Below are positions 35,986 to 48,594 of a DNA stretch of 64,000 bases, piece by piece (the stretch's first letter is position 1; every line of letters begins with the position of its first letter). The notes beneath the pieces were generated by a model that did not search any database, had not been told where the DNA came from, and saw only the letters and a program-made list of their open reading frames with translations. Made by a program: the position numbers and the translations under genes. The stretch comes from Escherichia coli. GTDB taxonomy: Bacteria > Pseudomonadota > Gammaproteobacteria > Enterobacterales > Enterobacteriaceae. The DNA lies in the NCBI RefSeq assembly GCF_036507355.1, contig NZ_AP027877.1; one strand, 5' to 3'.

Positions 35986-37407
35986 TCAGGCTTTCACATC
36001 ACTCACTGCACCGACCGGAATATCAGCATGAACAGGCTCGGGCGGTACTTTGCGATATTTATCCAGCAGATGAATCTGAATCCTGCGCAGCGTGTCGCCA
36101 TTGAGGCGATAGAAACGGAAGTAGAGAATCAGCGTTACCATGAAAAACAGAGTCGGTAGAGCAATCATAATAAACTGCATACCTAATAGGGCTTGCGTAG
36201 ACTGTTCAACATTCGGTACATAGCCAATCATCCCTAAAACAACCGCAATGAAAAAAGCCGCAAAGGCTGAACCGCCCTTCACCACCATAGTCTGCACGGA
36301 GTAAGCGATGCTTTCACAGCGTACGTGCAGTTTATATTCACCGTAATCAACGGTATCTGCCACCATGATGACCTGTAATACCCAGAAAAGCGCCGTTCCC
36401 ACATTCAGCAAAATACCCGCAATCACAATGAGGACGACGTTGTGATAGCTCATTAATGCCATTAACAGGAGAACACCACAGCTTAACACCGGAAGAATAG
36501 ATGCTCCGGCCCATAAAATGCGTCGGGATAATGATTTAACTAAGCGTGGGAAGAATACTAACGTCACCAGGTTAGCAGCTCCCGCATACGACAGATAATA
36601 GGGGAACAAATCCGCATCACCGATAACATATGAGAAATAATAGATAGCAAAGCCGGTAATAATATTGCTGGCTACATTATAAGCAAGAGCCATACCCAAG
36701 AGGCATGAAAGCTGATCGTTTTTATAAATAAGCGCAACGATGGCTTTAAGTGTCAGATGGCTTCCTTCAGCAGACGGTTGATTGTCTGACGAAAAGACTT
36801 CATGCACATTGCGCAGAGTGATGATGGTTGAAACAATAAAAAAGGCGATCAGTACCAGTGTGAACATCTGAAAGCCAAATCCCCGATCGCCACCGCCGAC
36901 ATAATTAACAAATGGTAGCGTCACACCTGCCGTAACAAAGCCCGCCAGACTGGCAAAAAAACGCGGATAAGGAACCAGTTGTTCACGCTCACGTTTATCG
37001 AGCGTGATGGTTGGAACCAGCGACCAGAAGGGAATATCCATAATGGTGTAAGTCATGCCCCAGAGGATGTAGGTCACGCAAACAAAGACAATCTGAGTAG
37101 TACCTTCAAACAGATGCGCACTAAAGAGGAGAAATAAGATTACAGAGTTTGCCAACGTACCGATCAGGATCCAGGGTTTGAACTTACCCCATCGCGATCG
37201 CGTAGCATTTACAATCCATCCCATAATCGGATCGTTAATAGCATCCCAGATCCTCGCCACCAGAAACAAAGTACCGACCAAACCCACAGACAGCCCGACG
37301 ACATCGGTGTAGTAATACATGAGGTACATATACACAATGCCGATCGCAAAATCCTTCCCGAACGCTCCAAATCCATAACTGAGTTTTGTAGTCATTGAAA
37401 TGCTCAT
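35986..37407 (-). CDS. melB: Melibiose:cation symporter MelB (473 aa)
   Basis: Within track ORF 35986..37431(-); start placed at [40 protein letters not shown]... Confidence 0.93.
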   Translation of the reverse strand: MSISMTTKLSYGFGAFGKDFAIGIVYMYLMYYYTDVVGLSVGLVGTLFLVARIWDAINDPIMGWIVNATRSRWGKFKPWILIGTLANSVILFLLFSAHLFEGTTQIVFVCVTYILWGMTYTIMDIPFWSLVPTITLDKREREQLVPYPRFFASLAGFVTAGVTLPFVNYVGGGDRGFGFQMFTLVLIAFFIVSTIITLRNVHEVFSSDNQPSAEGSHLTLKAIVALIYKNDQLSCLLGMALAYNVASNIITGFAIYYFSYVIGDADLFPYYLSYAGAANLVTLVFFPRLVKSLSRRILWAGASILPVLSCGVLLLMALMSYHNVVLIVIAGILLNVGTALFWVLQVIMVADTVDYGEYKLHVRCESIAYSVQTMVVKGGSAFAAFFIAVVLGMIGYVPNVEQSTQALLGMQFIMIALPTLFFMVTLILYFRFYRLNGDTLRRIQIHLLDKYRKVPPEPVHADIPVGAVSDVKA

Positions 37408-37509
37408 AGGGTATCGGGTCGCTGTTACCAACGCCCGCCTTCTGTTATTGGTATCGTCAGAGGTGTGCGCCGGAATAAATCCCCCGGCGCAGTAGCGTTT
37501 AGTCGCGTT

Positions 37510-38865
37510 TTAACGGTGCAACCAGCCTGGCAGCCAGTCGCCGTGGGCGGAAATCAAGTCGTCAACAAGAGCATATATTTCGTCAATACCCAGCACGGCG
37601 GCAGTATGCGGGTCCATCATCGCGGCGTGGTAAACACGGTCGCGATTTTCCGTAAGAATAGCTTCGGTCAGCAGCGTCTGTACGTTGATGTTGGTTTGCA
37701 TCAGGGCGGCCAGATGCGAAGGTAGCGTACCGACTTTGGTCGGCTGAATGCCATTAGCATCAACCAGACAGGCCACTTCCACGCAACATCCTTGTGGCAG
37801 GTTATCAATCAAACCATCGTTACGGACGTTGCCGTAAATCACACTCGGCTCGCCAGTCCAGATAGCGTTCATGATTGTGCTGGCATATTCCCGTGACGGT
37901 TTAATATCAATCCGGGAGGCGTTCTTATACTCCTCCAGCTCTTTATGCCAGTTCGCCAGCTGCTCGACGCAGCGTTTCGGGTACTCATCCAGCGGTACTT
38001 TATAACGCTCAATCAAATCATCACGACCTGGCTTAATAAACCACGGTGTGTACTCAGCAAAATGTTCTGACGATTCCGTGACGAAATAGCCCAGCTTTTT
38101 GAACATTTCATAGCGCACAATATTCTGGCAGCGAGTATTGCCGTGAATATTCGGCTTCGGTGCCTGCCCTGCGTCATAAGCCGTCAGCAGTTCCGGGTAG
38201 AGATTCACGTAACTGCCGTCGGCGGTTTTGCGCTCCAGCTCCAGGTAAAACGCCATATGGTTGATACCTGCGCAACGGTAACGCAGCGTAGCCGGGTCGA
38301 TATTGAGGTCACGCGCCAGCTCTTCCGCCGTTCCCTGCACCGAATGGCACAGCCCGACCTGTTTGATATGCGGATAGCGGGCATACATCGCCCAGGTATT
38401 CATCGCCATTGGGTTAACATAGTTGAGCATGGTGGCATCGGGGCAGACTTCCGTCATGTCCTCGCAAATTTGCCACAGATGCGGAATGGTACGTAGCGCG
38501 CGCATAATACCGCCCGGCCCCAACGTATCGGCAATGGTTTGTTCCAGACCATGCCGCTTACAGACCTCGAAATCAGTCACCGTGCAAGGTTCATAACCGC
38601 CAATCTGAAATGCCACCACGACAAAATCGGCATCCTCTAAGGCTTCTTTCTGTTGGGTGTGGCAGGTGATTTTGCCGCTGGCCCCTGCTGAATCCATCAG
38701 CTTACGCACCACAATATGCGACTCTTCCAGGCGGGTGGGATCAATGTCCATCAGGGCAATATGCGCCGTTTTCAGCGCCTCGCGATGGAACACATCACCA
38801 AGAATATTTTTAACGAAAATCGTCGAACCAGCGCCGATAAATGTAATTTTAGGTGCAGACATCAT
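37510..38865 (-). CDS. melA: Alpha-galactosidase MelA (NAD/Mn-dependent GH4, 451 aa)
   Basis: Track ORF 37510..38865(-); N-terminal Rossmann GxGS motif (KITFIGAGSTIF). Confidence 0.97.
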   Translation of the reverse strand: MMSAPKITFIGAGSTIFVKNILGDVFHREALKTAHIALMDIDPTRLEESHIVVRKLMDSAGASGKITCHTQQKEALEDADFVVVAFQIGGYEPCTVTDFEVCKRHGLEQTIADTLGPGGIMRALRTIPHLWQICEDMTEVCPDATMLNYVNPMAMNTWAMYARYPHIKQVGLCHSVQGTAEELARDLNIDPATLRYRCAGINHMAFYLELERKTADGSYVNLYPELLTAYDAGQAPKPNIHGNTRCQNIVRYEMFKKLGYFVTESSEHFAEYTPWFIKPGRDDLIERYKVPLDEYPKRCVEQLANWHKELEEYKNASRIDIKPSREYASTIMNAIWTGEPSVIYGNVRNDGLIDNLPQGCCVEVACLVDANGIQPTKVGTLPSHLAALMQTNINVQTLLTEAILTENRDRVYHAAMMDPHTAAVLGIDEIYALVDDLISAHGDWLPGWLHR

Positions 38866-39147
38866 GCAGATCTCCTGGCTTGCTTGAATAACTTCATCAT
38901 GGCAGGCGAATCTGCAGAAAACCTCCGGCTTCCAGGTTGAGCATTCCCATAAACTCAGATCCTGCGTGAAGCAGCAGTAAATCTGAGTTTATGGGAATAA
39001 ATTACCTGAAAAGCAGAGTTTTCGGCCTCATGATGCTCGGACAGTCCCCTCGCCTCTCTGGGAAGAGGGTGAAAACCGTGCTCCCACTCGCAGTCATCCT
39101 CCCTCACTCCTGCCATAATTCTGATATTCCAGGAAAGAGAGCCATCC
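38866..39147. promoter_or_regulatory. melR / melAB divergent promoter region (expected MelR and CRP sites)
   Basis: 282-bp intergenic region between divergently transcribed melA and melR; individual sites not resolved. Confidence 0.5.
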
Positions 39148-40056
39148 ATGAATACAGATACGTTTATGTGCAGCAGCGACGAAAAACAGACCCGCAGCCC
39201 GCTGTCGCTGTATTCGGAATACCAGCGGATGGAAATTGAGTTTCGCGCACCGCATATCATGCCCACCAGCCACTGGCATGGTCAGGTCGAAGTGAATGTG
39301 CCTTTCGATGGCGATGTGGAATACCTGATCAATAATGAAAAAGTGAATATCAATCAGGGTCATATCACGCTGTTCTGGGCCTGTACACCGCACCAACTAA
39401 CAGATACCGGAACCTGTCAGAGCATGGCGATTTTTAATCTGCCGATGCATCTGTTTCTCTCCTGGCCGCTGGATAAAGACCTGATTAACCACGTCACTCA
39501 CGGCATGGTGATCAAATCACTGGCTACACAGCAACTTAGCCCGTTTGAAGTGCGCCGCTGGCAGCAGGAATTGAACAGTCCGAATGAGCAAATTCGCCAG
39601 CTCGCCATTGATGAAATTGGCCTGATGCTCAAGCGATTTAGCCTCTCTGGCTGGGAACCGATTCTGGTCAATAAAACCTCGCGCACACACAAAAACAGCG
39701 TCTCGCGCCATGCGCAATTTTATGTTAGCCAGATGCTGGGCTTTATTGCCGAAAACTATGACCAGGCGCTGACCATCAACGATGTGGCTGAGCACGTCAA
39801 ACTTAACGCCAACTATGCAATGGGGATATTCCAACGGGTCATGCAATTGACGATGAAACAGTACATTACCGCGATGCGCATCAACCACGTTCGCGCGTTA
39901 CTGAGCGATACCGATAAAAGTATTCTCGATATTGCCCTGACGGCAGGCTTTCGTTCAAGTAGTCGTTTTTACAGCACGTTCGGCAAATATGTCGGCATGT
40001 CGCCGCAACAATACCGCAAACTTAGCCAACAGCGCCGCCAGACGTTTCCCGGCTAA
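39148..40056 (+). CDS. melR: AraC-family melibiose operon activator MelR (302 aa)
   Basis: Track ORF 39148..40056; C-terminal AraC-type double HTH. Confidence 0.95.
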   Translation: MNTDTFMCSSDEKQTRSPLSLYSEYQRMEIEFRAPHIMPTSHWHGQVEVNVPFDGDVEYLINNEKVNINQGHITLFWACTPHQLTDTGTCQSMAIFNLPMHLFLSWPLDKDLINHVTHGMVIKSLATQQLSPFEVRRWQQELNSPNEQIRQLAIDEIGLMLKRFSLSGWEPILVNKTSRTHKNSVSRHAQFYVSQMLGFIAENYDQALTINDVAEHVKLNANYAMGIFQRVMQLTMKQYITAMRINHVRALLSDTDKSILDIALTAGFRSSSRFYSTFGKYVGMSPQQYRKLSQQRRQTFPG

Positions 40057-40254
40057 AGACGATATCAGTATCAGCCAAAAAAATAGTTTAGCCGTCGATA
40101 ATAAGCAGTGAAAATAATTTAAAATAATCACATAACATATTGTTTATAAAAACAAATATTTCAAAAATGTTTGTTTTTCACGCGCTTTACAGCCCGAAAA
40201 GGCCGGAAGATACTTGCCCGCAACGAAGATTCCTTCATAACCGGGTAAGCAATG

Positions 40255-42522
40255 ATGAAAGTATTAATTGTTGAAAGCGAGTTTCTCCATCAAGACACCT
40301 GGGTCGGTAACGCCGTTGAGCGTCTGGCAGATGCTTTAAGCCAGCAAAATGTTACCGTGATTAAATCCACCTCCTTTGATGATGGTTTTGCCATTCTCTC
40401 TTCAAACGAAGCCATTGACTGCCTGATGTTCAGCTATCAAATGGAACATCCGGACGAACATCAAAACGTCAGACAATTGATCGGTAAGCTTCATGAGCGC
40501 CAACAAAACGTGCCGGTCTTCCTGTTGGGCGATCGGGAAAAAGCCCTCGCCGCAATGGATCGCGACCTGCTGGAGCTTGTCGATGAATTCGCCTGGATTC
40601 TGGAAGATACCGCCGACTTTATCGCCGGACGCGCCGTTGCCGCGATGACCCGCTACCGCCAGCAGCTGTTGCCGCCACTGTTCAGCGCGCTGATGAAATA
40701 TAGCGACATCCATGAATATTCCTGGGCAGCGCCAGGCCACCAGGGCGGCGTTGGTTTTACCAAAACACCCGCCGGACGTTTCTACCATGACTACTATGGT
40801 GAAAATCTGTTCCGCACCGATATGGGCATCGAACGAACTTCCCTCGGTTCTTTGCTTGACCATACTGGCGCATTTGGCGAAAGCGAAAAATATGCCGCAC
40901 GCGTATTTGGTGCCGATCGCTCCTGGTCGGTAGTCGTCGGTACTTCCGGCTCTAACCGCACCATCATGCAGGCTTGCATGACCGATAACGATGTCGTGGT
41001 CGTTGACCGTAACTGCCATAAATCCATCGAACAAGGCTTGATGCTGACAGGCGCGAAACCAGTCTACATGGTGCCAAGCCGCAACCGCTACGGCATTATC
41101 GGGCCAATCTATCCGCAGGAAATGCAACCTGAAACCTTGCAGAAGAAAATCAGTGAAAGCCCGCTGACTAAAGACAAAGCCGGGCAAAAACCGTCTTACT
41201 GCGTGGTGACCAACTGCACCTATGACGGCGTGTGTTATAACGCTAAAGAAGCGCAGGATCTGCTGGAAAAAACCTCCGATCGTCTGCACTTTGACGAAGC
41301 CTGGTACGGCTATGCACGTTTCAACCCGATCTATGCCGATCACTATGCCATGCGCGGCGAACCTGGCGATCACAACGGTCCTACCGTTTTCGCCACCCAC
41401 TCCACCCACAAACTACTGAATGCGCTGTCACAGGCCTCTTATATTCATGTACGTGAAGGTCGTGGGGCGATTAACTTCTCCCGCTTCAACCAGGCCTACA
41501 TGATGCATGCCACCACCTCCCCGCTGTATGCCATCTGCGCATCCAACGACGTGGCGGTGTCGATGATGGACGGCAACAGTGGCCTGTCACTGACGCAGGA
41601 AGTGATCGACGAAGCGGTTGATTTCCGTCAGGCGATGGCGCGGCTGTATAAAGAGTTCACCGCTGACGGTAGCTGGTTCTTCAAACCGTGGAACAAAGAA
41701 GTCGTCACCGACCCACAAACCGGCAAAACCTATGACTTTGCTGACGCGCCAACCAAACTGTTGACCACCGTTCAGGACTGCTGGGTAATGCATCCGGGCG
41801 AAAGCTGGCACGGCTTCAAAGATATTCCGGATAACTGGAGTATGCACGACCCGATTAAAGTCAGCATCCTTGCTCCGGGAATGGGTGAAGATGGTGAACT
41901 GGAAGAAACCGGTGTTCCGGCGGCGCTGGTCACTGCCTGGCTTGGTCGCCACGGCATTGTGCCTACCCGCACCACTGACTTCCAAATTATGTTCCTGTTC
42001 TCTATGGGCGTAACCCGTGGGAAATGGGGGACTCTGGTTAACACCCTTTGCTCCTTCAAACGCCACTATGACGCCAACACACCGCTGGCGCAGGTGATGC
42101 CGGAACTTGTTGAACAATATCCTGACACTTATGCGAACATGGGGATTCACGATCTGGGTGACACCATGTTTGCCTGGCTGAAAGAAAACAACCCTGGCGC
42201 ACGGTTGAACGAAGCCTATTCCGGCCTGCCGGTGGCGGAAATCACCCCGCGTGAAGCGTACAACGCGATTGTCGACAACAATGTCGAACTGGTATCCATT
42301 GAAAATCTGCCAGGACGTATCGCGGCAAACTCAGTTATCCCGTATCCGCCAGGAATCCCGATGCTGCTGTCTGGTGAAAACTTCGGCGATAAAAACAGTC
42401 CGCAAGTAAGTTATTTACGCTCGCTGCAATCCTGGGACCATCATTTCCCTGGATTTGAACACGAAACTGAAGGGACTGAAATTATTGACGGTATTTACCA
42501 CGTTATGTGTGTGAAAGCGTAA
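40255..42522 (+). CDS. adiA: Biodegradative (acid-inducible) arginine decarboxylase AdiA (755 aa)
   Basis: Within track ORF 40252..42522; start at second Met (MKVLIVESEFLHQDTWVGNAVERL...); clear paralogue of CadA in this window. Confidence 0.97.
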   Translation: MKVLIVESEFLHQDTWVGNAVERLADALSQQNVTVIKSTSFDDGFAILSSNEAIDCLMFSYQMEHPDEHQNVRQLIGKLHERQQNVPVFLLGDREKALAAMDRDLLELVDEFAWILEDTADFIAGRAVAAMTRYRQQLLPPLFSALMKYSDIHEYSWAAPGHQGGVGFTKTPAGRFYHDYYGENLFRTDMGIERTSLGSLLDHTGAFGESEKYAARVFGADRSWSVVVGTSGSNRTIMQACMTDNDVVVVDRNCHKSIEQGLMLTGAKPVYMVPSRNRYGIIGPIYPQEMQPETLQKKISESPLTKDKAGQKPSYCVVTNCTYDGVCYNAKEAQDLLEKTSDRLHFDEAWYGYARFNPIYADHYAMRGEPGDHNGPTVFATHSTHKLLNALSQASYIHVREGRGAINFSRFNQAYMMHATTSPLYAICASNDVAVSMMDGNSGLSLTQEVIDEAVDFRQAMARLYKEFTADGSWFFKPWNKEVVTDPQTGKTYDFADAPTKLLTTVQDCWVMHPGESWHGFKDIPDNWSMHDPIKVSILAPGMGEDGELEETGVPAALVTAWLGRHGIVPTRTTDFQIMFLFSMGVTRGKWGTLVNTLCSFKRHYDANTPLAQVMPELVEQYPDTYANMGIHDLGDTMFAWLKENNPGARLNEAYSGLPVAEITPREAYNAIVDNNVELVSIENLPGRIAANSVIPYPPGIPMLLSGENFGDKNSPQVSYLRSLQSWDHHFPGFEHETEGTEIIDGIYHVMCVKA

Positions 42523-42845
42523 CCACTATTCCGCTGAAGGCGTAATTGTTTAAATAACATTACGCCGCCTGGCCTTAGGCCTTTTGAGTATGGCAACGTT
42601 TTCATAAAAATTGCTGCAAACAAAAATGTCATACTTTTTGCGCGGCCCCACCCCGCGCTTTTTTTGCCTGTTATTTATCCTGTAAAAAAATATGTACACG
42701 AGAAATTACTATAAAAATTTGTAATATTAGTAAAACTCGTTATTTTTATGCATGTTTATATTCATCATACAATTATATAACCATTTCCCGGTATCGCTTT
42801 GCTTTAGCGAGAACTGGTCTTTTATTCGCACTCAGGAGTACATGT

Positions 42846-43607
42846 ATGAGGATTTGCAGCGACCAACCTTGTATTGTTTTATTGACTGAAAAAGATGTCT
42901 GGATAAGGGTGAATGGGAAAGAACCTATTAGCCTTAAAGCTAACCATATGGCGTTATTAAATTGTGAAAATAATATTATCGACGTCTCCTCTCTTAACAA
43001 CACTTTGGTTGCTCATATTAGTCACGACATCATCAAAGATTACCTCCGGTTTCTGAATAAAGATCTCTCGCAAATACCAGTATGGCAACGTAGCGCTACG
43101 CCCATCCTCACCCTGCCATGCCTGACGCCAGACGTCTTTCGCGTTGCCGCGCAACACAGCATGATGCCCGCAGAAACTGAGTCAGAAAAGGAGCGAACAC
43201 GCGCATTATTATTCACGGTGCTATCCCGTTTTCTCGACAGTAAAAAATTCCTTTCATTAATGATGTATATGTTACGTAATTGTGTAAGTGACAGCGTTTA
43301 TCAAATTATTGAAAGCGATATTCACAAAGACTGGAATCTTAGTATGGTAGCCAGTTGTTTATGTCTTAGCCCAAGTCTGTTAAAGAAAAAGCTGAAAAGC
43401 GAAAACACCAGTTATAGCCAAATAATCACCACCTGCCGCATGCGTTATGCCGTAAATGAATTAATGATGGACGGTAAAAATATCTCCCAGGTATCACAGT
43501 CCTGCGGCTACAACAGTACGTCGTACTTTATTTCTGTCTTTAAAGACTTCTACGGTATGACGCCGCTGCATTATGTTAGTCAGCACAGAGAACGCACTGT
43601 CGCCTGA
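42846..43607 (+). CDS. adiY: AraC-family regulator AdiY (253 aa)
   Basis: Track ORF 42846..43607; C-terminal AraC HTH; located between adiA and adiC. Confidence 0.93.
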   Translation: MRICSDQPCIVLLTEKDVWIRVNGKEPISLKANHMALLNCENNIIDVSSLNNTLVAHISHDIIKDYLRFLNKDLSQIPVWQRSATPILTLPCLTPDVFRVAAQHSMMPAETESEKERTRALLFTVLSRFLDSKKFLSLMMYMLRNCVSDSVYQIIESDIHKDWNLSMVASCLCLSPSLLKKKLKSENTSYSQIITTCRMRYAVNELMMDGKNISQVSQSCGYNSTSYFISVFKDFYGMTPLHYVSQHRERTVA

Positions 43608-43743
43608 TTTTTAACCTTAACGAAGAGCTATATTAATAACGGCATCAGCGATAACCCGGTCGATAATAATTCAACTATCGAATGCAGGCGTATGATATGA
43701 CGTAATTTATTGTCACGAAGCTCGCCTTCGCAGGAGTTTAATT

Positions 43744-45081
43744 ATGTCTTCGGATGCTGATGCTCACAAAGTGGGCTTAATCCCCGTCACCCTGATGGTG
43801 TCGGGGAATATTATGGGGTCAGGTGTTTTTCTGTTACCTGCAAACCTGGCCTCCACCGGCGGGATTGCCATTTATGGATGGTTGGTGACGATTATCGGTG
43901 CGCTGGGGCTCTCGATGGTATACGCCAAAATGTCGTTCCTCGACCCAAGTCCTGGTGGTTCTTACGCTTACGCCCGCCGCTGCTTTGGCCCGTTTCTCGG
44001 TTATCAAACCAACGTCCTCTACTGGCTGGCCTGCTGGATCGGCAATATCGCCATGGTGGTCATTGGCGTAGGATATTTAAGTTACTTCTTCCCGATTCTG
44101 AAAGATCCATTGGTATTAACCATCACCTGCGTCGTGGTGCTGTGGATCTTCGTCCTGCTGAACATTGTCGGTCCGAAAATGATCACCCGTGTGCAGGCCG
44201 TTGCCACCGTGCTGGCGCTGATCCCCATCGTCGGGATTGCCGTATTTGGCTGGTTCTGGTTTCGTGGTGAAACCTATATGGCGGCATGGAACGTCAGCGG
44301 CCTGGGCACCTTCGGTGCAATTCAAAGTACCCTTAACGTTACGCTGTGGTCGTTCATCGGTGTGGAAAGTGCCTCCGTTGCCGCAGGTGTGGTGAAAAAC
44401 CCGAAACGCAACGTCCCTATAGCCACCATTGGTGGGGTATTGATTGCCGCCGTTTGCTATGTGCTCTCCACCACCGCGATTATGGGGATGATCCCTAATG
44501 CCGCACTGCGCGTTTCTGCCTCGCCATTCGGTGATGCCGCACGGATGGCGTTGGGTGACACCGCCGGGGCCATCGTTTCCTTCTGCGCAGCTGCGGGTTG
44601 CTTAGGTTCACTGGGCGGCTGGACATTGCTGGCGGGTCAAACGGCGAAAGCGGCTGCCGATGACGGACTGTTCCCACCGATTTTTGCCCGTGTAAATAAA
44701 GCGGGTACGCCAGTGGCGGGGCTGATTATCGTCGGTATTTTGATGACCATCTTCCAGCTCAGCAGCATTTCACCAAACGCGACCAAAGAATTCGGTCTGG
44801 TGTCTTCCGTCTCGGTCATCTTTACACTGGTGCCATATCTTTACACCTGTGCGGCGTTACTGCTGCTCGGACACGGTCACTTTGGTAAAGCACGCCCGGC
44901 ATATCTGGCAGTTACTACCATTGCCTTCCTCTACTGCATCTGGGCCGTGGTGGGGTCCGGGGCGAAAGAGGTTATGTGGTCATTTGTCACCCTGATGGTC
45001 ATCACCGCCATGTATGCGCTGAATTACAACCGGCTGCATAAAAACCCGTATCCCTTAGATGCACCAATAAGCAAAGATTAA
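43744..45081 (+). CDS. adiC: Arginine:agmatine antiporter AdiC (445 aa)
   Basis: Track ORF 43744..45081; APC-family; paralogue of CadB. Confidence 0.95.
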
Positions 45082-45184
45082 TTCCCCTTAATCCAGCAAA
45101 GATAAAAGCCAACCTTAAGAACTTAAGGTTGGCTTAATTTTGCTTTGCGAGCATATGCGCACTTTGTTCGATGGAAACACCGTG

Positions 45185-46828
45185 ATGTTGAAGCGCCTAC
45201 TAAAAAGACCCTCTTTGAATTTACTCGCCTGGCTATTGTTGGCCGCTTTTTATATCTCTATCTGCCTGAATATTGCCTTTTTTAAACAGGTGTTGCAGGC
45301 GCTGCCGCTGGACTCGCTGCATAACGTACTGGTTTTCTTGTCGATGCCGGTCGTCGCCTTCAGCGTGATTAATATTGTCCTGACACTAAGCTCTTTCTTA
45401 TGGCTTAATCGACCGCTGGCCTGCCTGTTTATTCTGGTTGGCGCGGCTGCACAATATTTCATAATGACTTACGGCATCGTCATCGACCGCTCGATGATTG
45501 CCAATATTATTGATACCACTCCGGCAGAAAGTTATGCGCTGATGACACCGCAAATGTTATTAACGCTGGGATTCAGCGGCGTGCTTGCTGCGCTGATTGC
45601 CTGCTGGATAAAAATCAAACCTGCCACCTCGCGTCTGCGCAGTGTTCTTTTCCGTGGAGCCAATATTCTGGTTTCTGTACTGCTGATTTTGCTGGTCGCC
45701 GCACTATTTTATAAAGACTACGCCTCGTTGTTCCGCAACAACAAAGAGCTGGTGAAGTCCTTAAGCCCCTCTAACAGCATTGTTGCCAGCTGGTCATGGT
45801 ACTCCCATCAGCGACTGGCAAATCTGCCGCTGGTGCGAATTGGTGAAGACGCGCACCGCAACCCGTTAATGCAGAACGAAAAACGTAAAAATTTGACCAT
45901 CCTGATTGTCGGCGAAACCTCGCGGGCGGAGAACTTCTCCCTCAACGGCTACCCGCGTGAAACTAACCCGCGGCTGGCGAAAGATAACGTGGTCTATTTC
46001 CCTAATACCGCATCTTGCGGCACGGCAACGGCAGTTTCAGTACCGTGCATGTTCTCGGATATGCCGCGAGAACACTACAAAGAAGAGCTGGCACAGCACC
46101 AGGAAGGCGTGCTGGATATCATTCAGCGAGCGGGCATCAACGTGCTGTGGAATGACAACGATGGTGGCTGTAAAGGTGCCTGCGACCGCGTGCCTCACCA
46201 GAACGTCACCGCGCTGAATCTGCCTGGTCAGTGCATCAACGGCGAATGCTATGACGAAGTGCTGTTCCACGGGCTGGAAGAGTACATCAATAACCTGCAG
46301 GGTGATGGCGTGATTGTCTTACACACCATCGGCAGCCACGGTCCGACCTATTACAACCGCTATCCGCCGCAGTTCAGGAAATTTACCCCAACCTGCGACA
46401 CCAATGAGATCCAGACCTGTACCAAAGAGCAACTGGTGAACACTTACGACAACACGCTGGTCTACGTCGACTATATTGTTGATAAAGCGATTAATCTGCT
46501 GAAAGAACATCAGGATAAATTTACCACCAGCCTGGTTTATCTTTCTGACCACGGTGAATCGTTAGGCGAAAATGGCATCTATCTGCACGGTCTGCCTTAT
46601 GCCATCGCCCCGGATAGCCAAAAACAGGTGCCAATGCTGCTGTGGCTGTCGGAGAATTATCAAAAACGGTATCAGGTTGACCAGAACTGCCTGCAAAAAC
46701 AGGCGCAAACACAACACTATTCACAAGACAATTTATTCTCCACGCTATTGGGATTAACTGGCGTTGAGACGAAGTATTACCAGGCTGCGGATGATATTCT
46801 GCAAACTTGCAGGAGAGTGAGTGAATGA
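45185..46828 (+). CDS. eptA: Lipid A phosphoethanolamine transferase EptA/PmrC (547 aa)
   Basis: Within track ORF 45140..46828; start placed at [29 protein letters not shown]...; N-terminal TM domain plus sulfatase-like periplasmic domain. Confidence 0.93.
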   Translation: MLKRLLKRPSLNLLAWLLLAAFYISICLNIAFFKQVLQALPLDSLHNVLVFLSMPVVAFSVINIVLTLSSFLWLNRPLACLFILVGAAAQYFIMTYGIVIDRSMIANIIDTTPAESYALMTPQMLLTLGFSGVLAALIACWIKIKPATSRLRSVLFRGANILVSVLLILLVAALFYKDYASLFRNNKELVKSLSPSNSIVASWSWYSHQRLANLPLVRIGEDAHRNPLMQNEKRKNLTILIVGETSRAENFSLNGYPRETNPRLAKDNVVYFPNTASCGTATAVSVPCMFSDMPREHYKEELAQHQEGVLDIIQRAGINVLWNDNDGGCKGACDRVPHQNVTALNLPGQCINGECYDEVLFHGLEEYINNLQGDGVIVLHTIGSHGPTYYNRYPPQFRKFTPTCDTNEIQTCTKEQLVNTYDNTLVYVDYIVDKAINLLKEHQDKFTTSLVYLSDHGESLGENGIYLHGLPYAIAPDSQKQVPMLLWLSENYQKRYQVDQNCLQKQAQTQHYSQDNLFSTLLGLTGVETKYYQAADDILQTCRRVSE

Positions 46829-47493
46829 AAATTCTGATTGTTGAAGACGATACGCTGTTATTGCAGGGACTGATTCTGGCGGCGCAAACCGAAGGCTACG
46901 CGTGCGATGGCGTGACAACCGCGCGGATGGCGGAACAAAGCCTTGAGGCAGGTCATTACAGCCTGGTGGTACTGGATTTAGGGTTACCCGACGAAGATGG
47001 ACTGCATTTTCTCGCCCGTATCCGGCAGAAAAAATATACCCTGCCGGTACTGATCCTCACCGCTCGCGATACGCTGACCGACAAAATCGCCGGGCTGGAT
47101 GTCGGTGCCGATGACTATCTGGTGAAGCCTTTTGCGCTGGAAGAGTTACACGCCCGTATCCGCGCCCTGCTACGACGCCATAATAATCAGGGCGAAAGTG
47201 AGCTGATTGTTGGCAATCTGACGCTGAACATGGGTCGCCGTCAGGTATGGATGGGCGGTGAAGAGTTGATTCTGACGCCCAAAGAATATGCTCTGCTGTC
47301 ACGGTTAATGCTCAAAGCAGGCAGTCCGGTGCATCGGGAAATTCTCTACAACGACATCTATAACTGGGACAATGAACCCTCGACCAACACCCTGGAAGTG
47401 CATATCCACAATCTGCGCGACAAAGTGGGCAAAGCCCGTATCCGCACCGTGCGCGGCTTTGGCTATATGCTGGTCGCAAATGAGGAAAACTAA
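46825..47493 (+). CDS. basR: Response regulator BasR/PmrA (222 aa)
   Basis: Track ORF 46825..47493; [16 protein letters not shown]... OmpR-family; 4-bp overlap with eptA. Confidence 0.95.
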   Translation: MKILIVEDDTLLLQGLILAAQTEGYACDGVTTARMAEQSLEAGHYSLVVLDLGLPDEDGLHFLARIRQKKYTLPVLILTARDTLTDKIAGLDVGADDYLVKPFALEELHARIRALLRRHNNQGESELIVGNLTLNMGRRQVWMGGEELILTPKEYALLSRLMLKAGSPVHREILYNDIYNWDNEPSTNTLEVHIHNLRDKVGKARIRTVRGFGYMLVANEEN

Positions 47494-47502
47494 TTGAATC
47501 TG

Positions 47503-48594
47503 ATGCGTTTTCTGCGCCGACCAATATCGCTGCGCCAACGGCTGATATTGACCATCGGGGCCATTTTGTTGGTGTTTGAGCTGATCAGCGTCTTCTGGCT
47601 ATGGCATGAAAGTACCGAGCAGATTCAGCTGTTTGAGCAGGCGCTACGCGACAATCGCAACAACGATCGCCACATCATGCGTGAGATCCGCGAGGCGGTC
47701 GCCAGCCTGATTGTCCCCGGCGTCTTTATGGTCAGCCTGACGCTATTTATCTGCTATCAGGCGGTACGCCGCATCACCCGCCCGCTGGCGGAGCTGCAAA
47801 AAGAGCTGGAAGCGCGCACCGCCGACAACTTAACGCCCATTGCCATTCACAGCGCCACCCTCGAAATCGAAGCGGTGGTTTCGGCGTTGAACGATCTGGT
47901 CAGTCGCCTGACCAGCACGCTGGATAACGAAAGGTTATTTACCGCTGACGTCGCGCACGAACTGCGAACGCCACTGGCGGGGGTGCGTTTGCATCTGGAA
48001 CTGCTGGCGAAAACGCATCACATTGATGTAGCACCGTTAGTGGCACGGCTTGATCAGATGATGGAGAGCGTCTCCCAGCTGCTGCAACTGGCGCGTGCCG
48101 GACAGTCATTTTCTTCCGGTAATTATCAACATGTAAAACTGCTGGAAGATGTCATTCTCCCCTCGTATGACGAACTCAGTACCATGCTCGACCAGCGCCA
48201 GCAAACCCTGCTATTGCCAGAGAGCGCCGCCGACATCACCGTTCAGGGTGATGCAACCCTGCTGCGGATGTTATTGCGAAATCTGGTAGAAAATGCCCAT
48301 CGTTACAGCCCGCAAGGCAGCAACATTATGATTAAGCTGCAAGAAGATGGCGGAGCGGTCATGGCCGTTGAAGATGAAGGACCGGGTATTGATGAGAGTA
48401 AATGCGGGGAGTTGAGTAAAGCGTTTGTACGAATGGACAGCCGTTATGGCGGGATTGGTCTGGGGTTAAGTATTGTCAGCCGCATTACACAGTTGCATCA
48501 CGGGCAGTTTTTCCTGCAAAACCGGCAAGAGACTTCTGGCACGCGCGCCTGGATACGGCTGAAGAAAGATCAGTACGTGGCAAACCAGATATAA
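47503..48594 (+). CDS. basS: Sensor histidine kinase BasS/PmrB (363 aa)
   Basis: Within track ORF 47494..48594 (track starts at TTG); ATG 47503 gives MRFLRRPISLRQRLILTIGAILLVFELISVFWLWHES...; H-box HELRTPL. Confidence 0.92.
   Translation: MRFLRRPISLRQRLILTIGAILLVFELISVFWLWHESTEQIQLFEQALRDNRNNDRHIMREIREAVASLIVPGVFMVSLTLFICYQAVRRITRPLAELQKELEARTADNLTPIAIHSATLEIEAVVSALNDLVSRLTSTLDNERLFTADVAHELRTPLAGVRLHLELLAKTHHIDVAPLVARLDQMMESVSQLLQLARAGQSFSSGNYQHVKLLEDVILPSYDELSTMLDQRQQTLLLPESAADITVQGDATLLRMLLRNLVENAHRYSPQGSNIMIKLQEDGGAVMAVEDEGPGIDESKCGELSKAFVRMDSRYGGIGLGLSIVSRITQLHHGQFFLQNRQETSGTRAWIRLKKDQYVANQI

Noticed and set aside
47503-47520. Possible N-terminal substitution in BasS/PmrB (reads MRFLRRP here; I recall MHFLRRP for K-12), considered as a polymyxin-resistance-relevant variant.
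   Set aside because: My recollection of the reference N-terminus is not reliable enough, and a residue-2 change is unlikely to matter. It needs an actual alignment before it can be reported.
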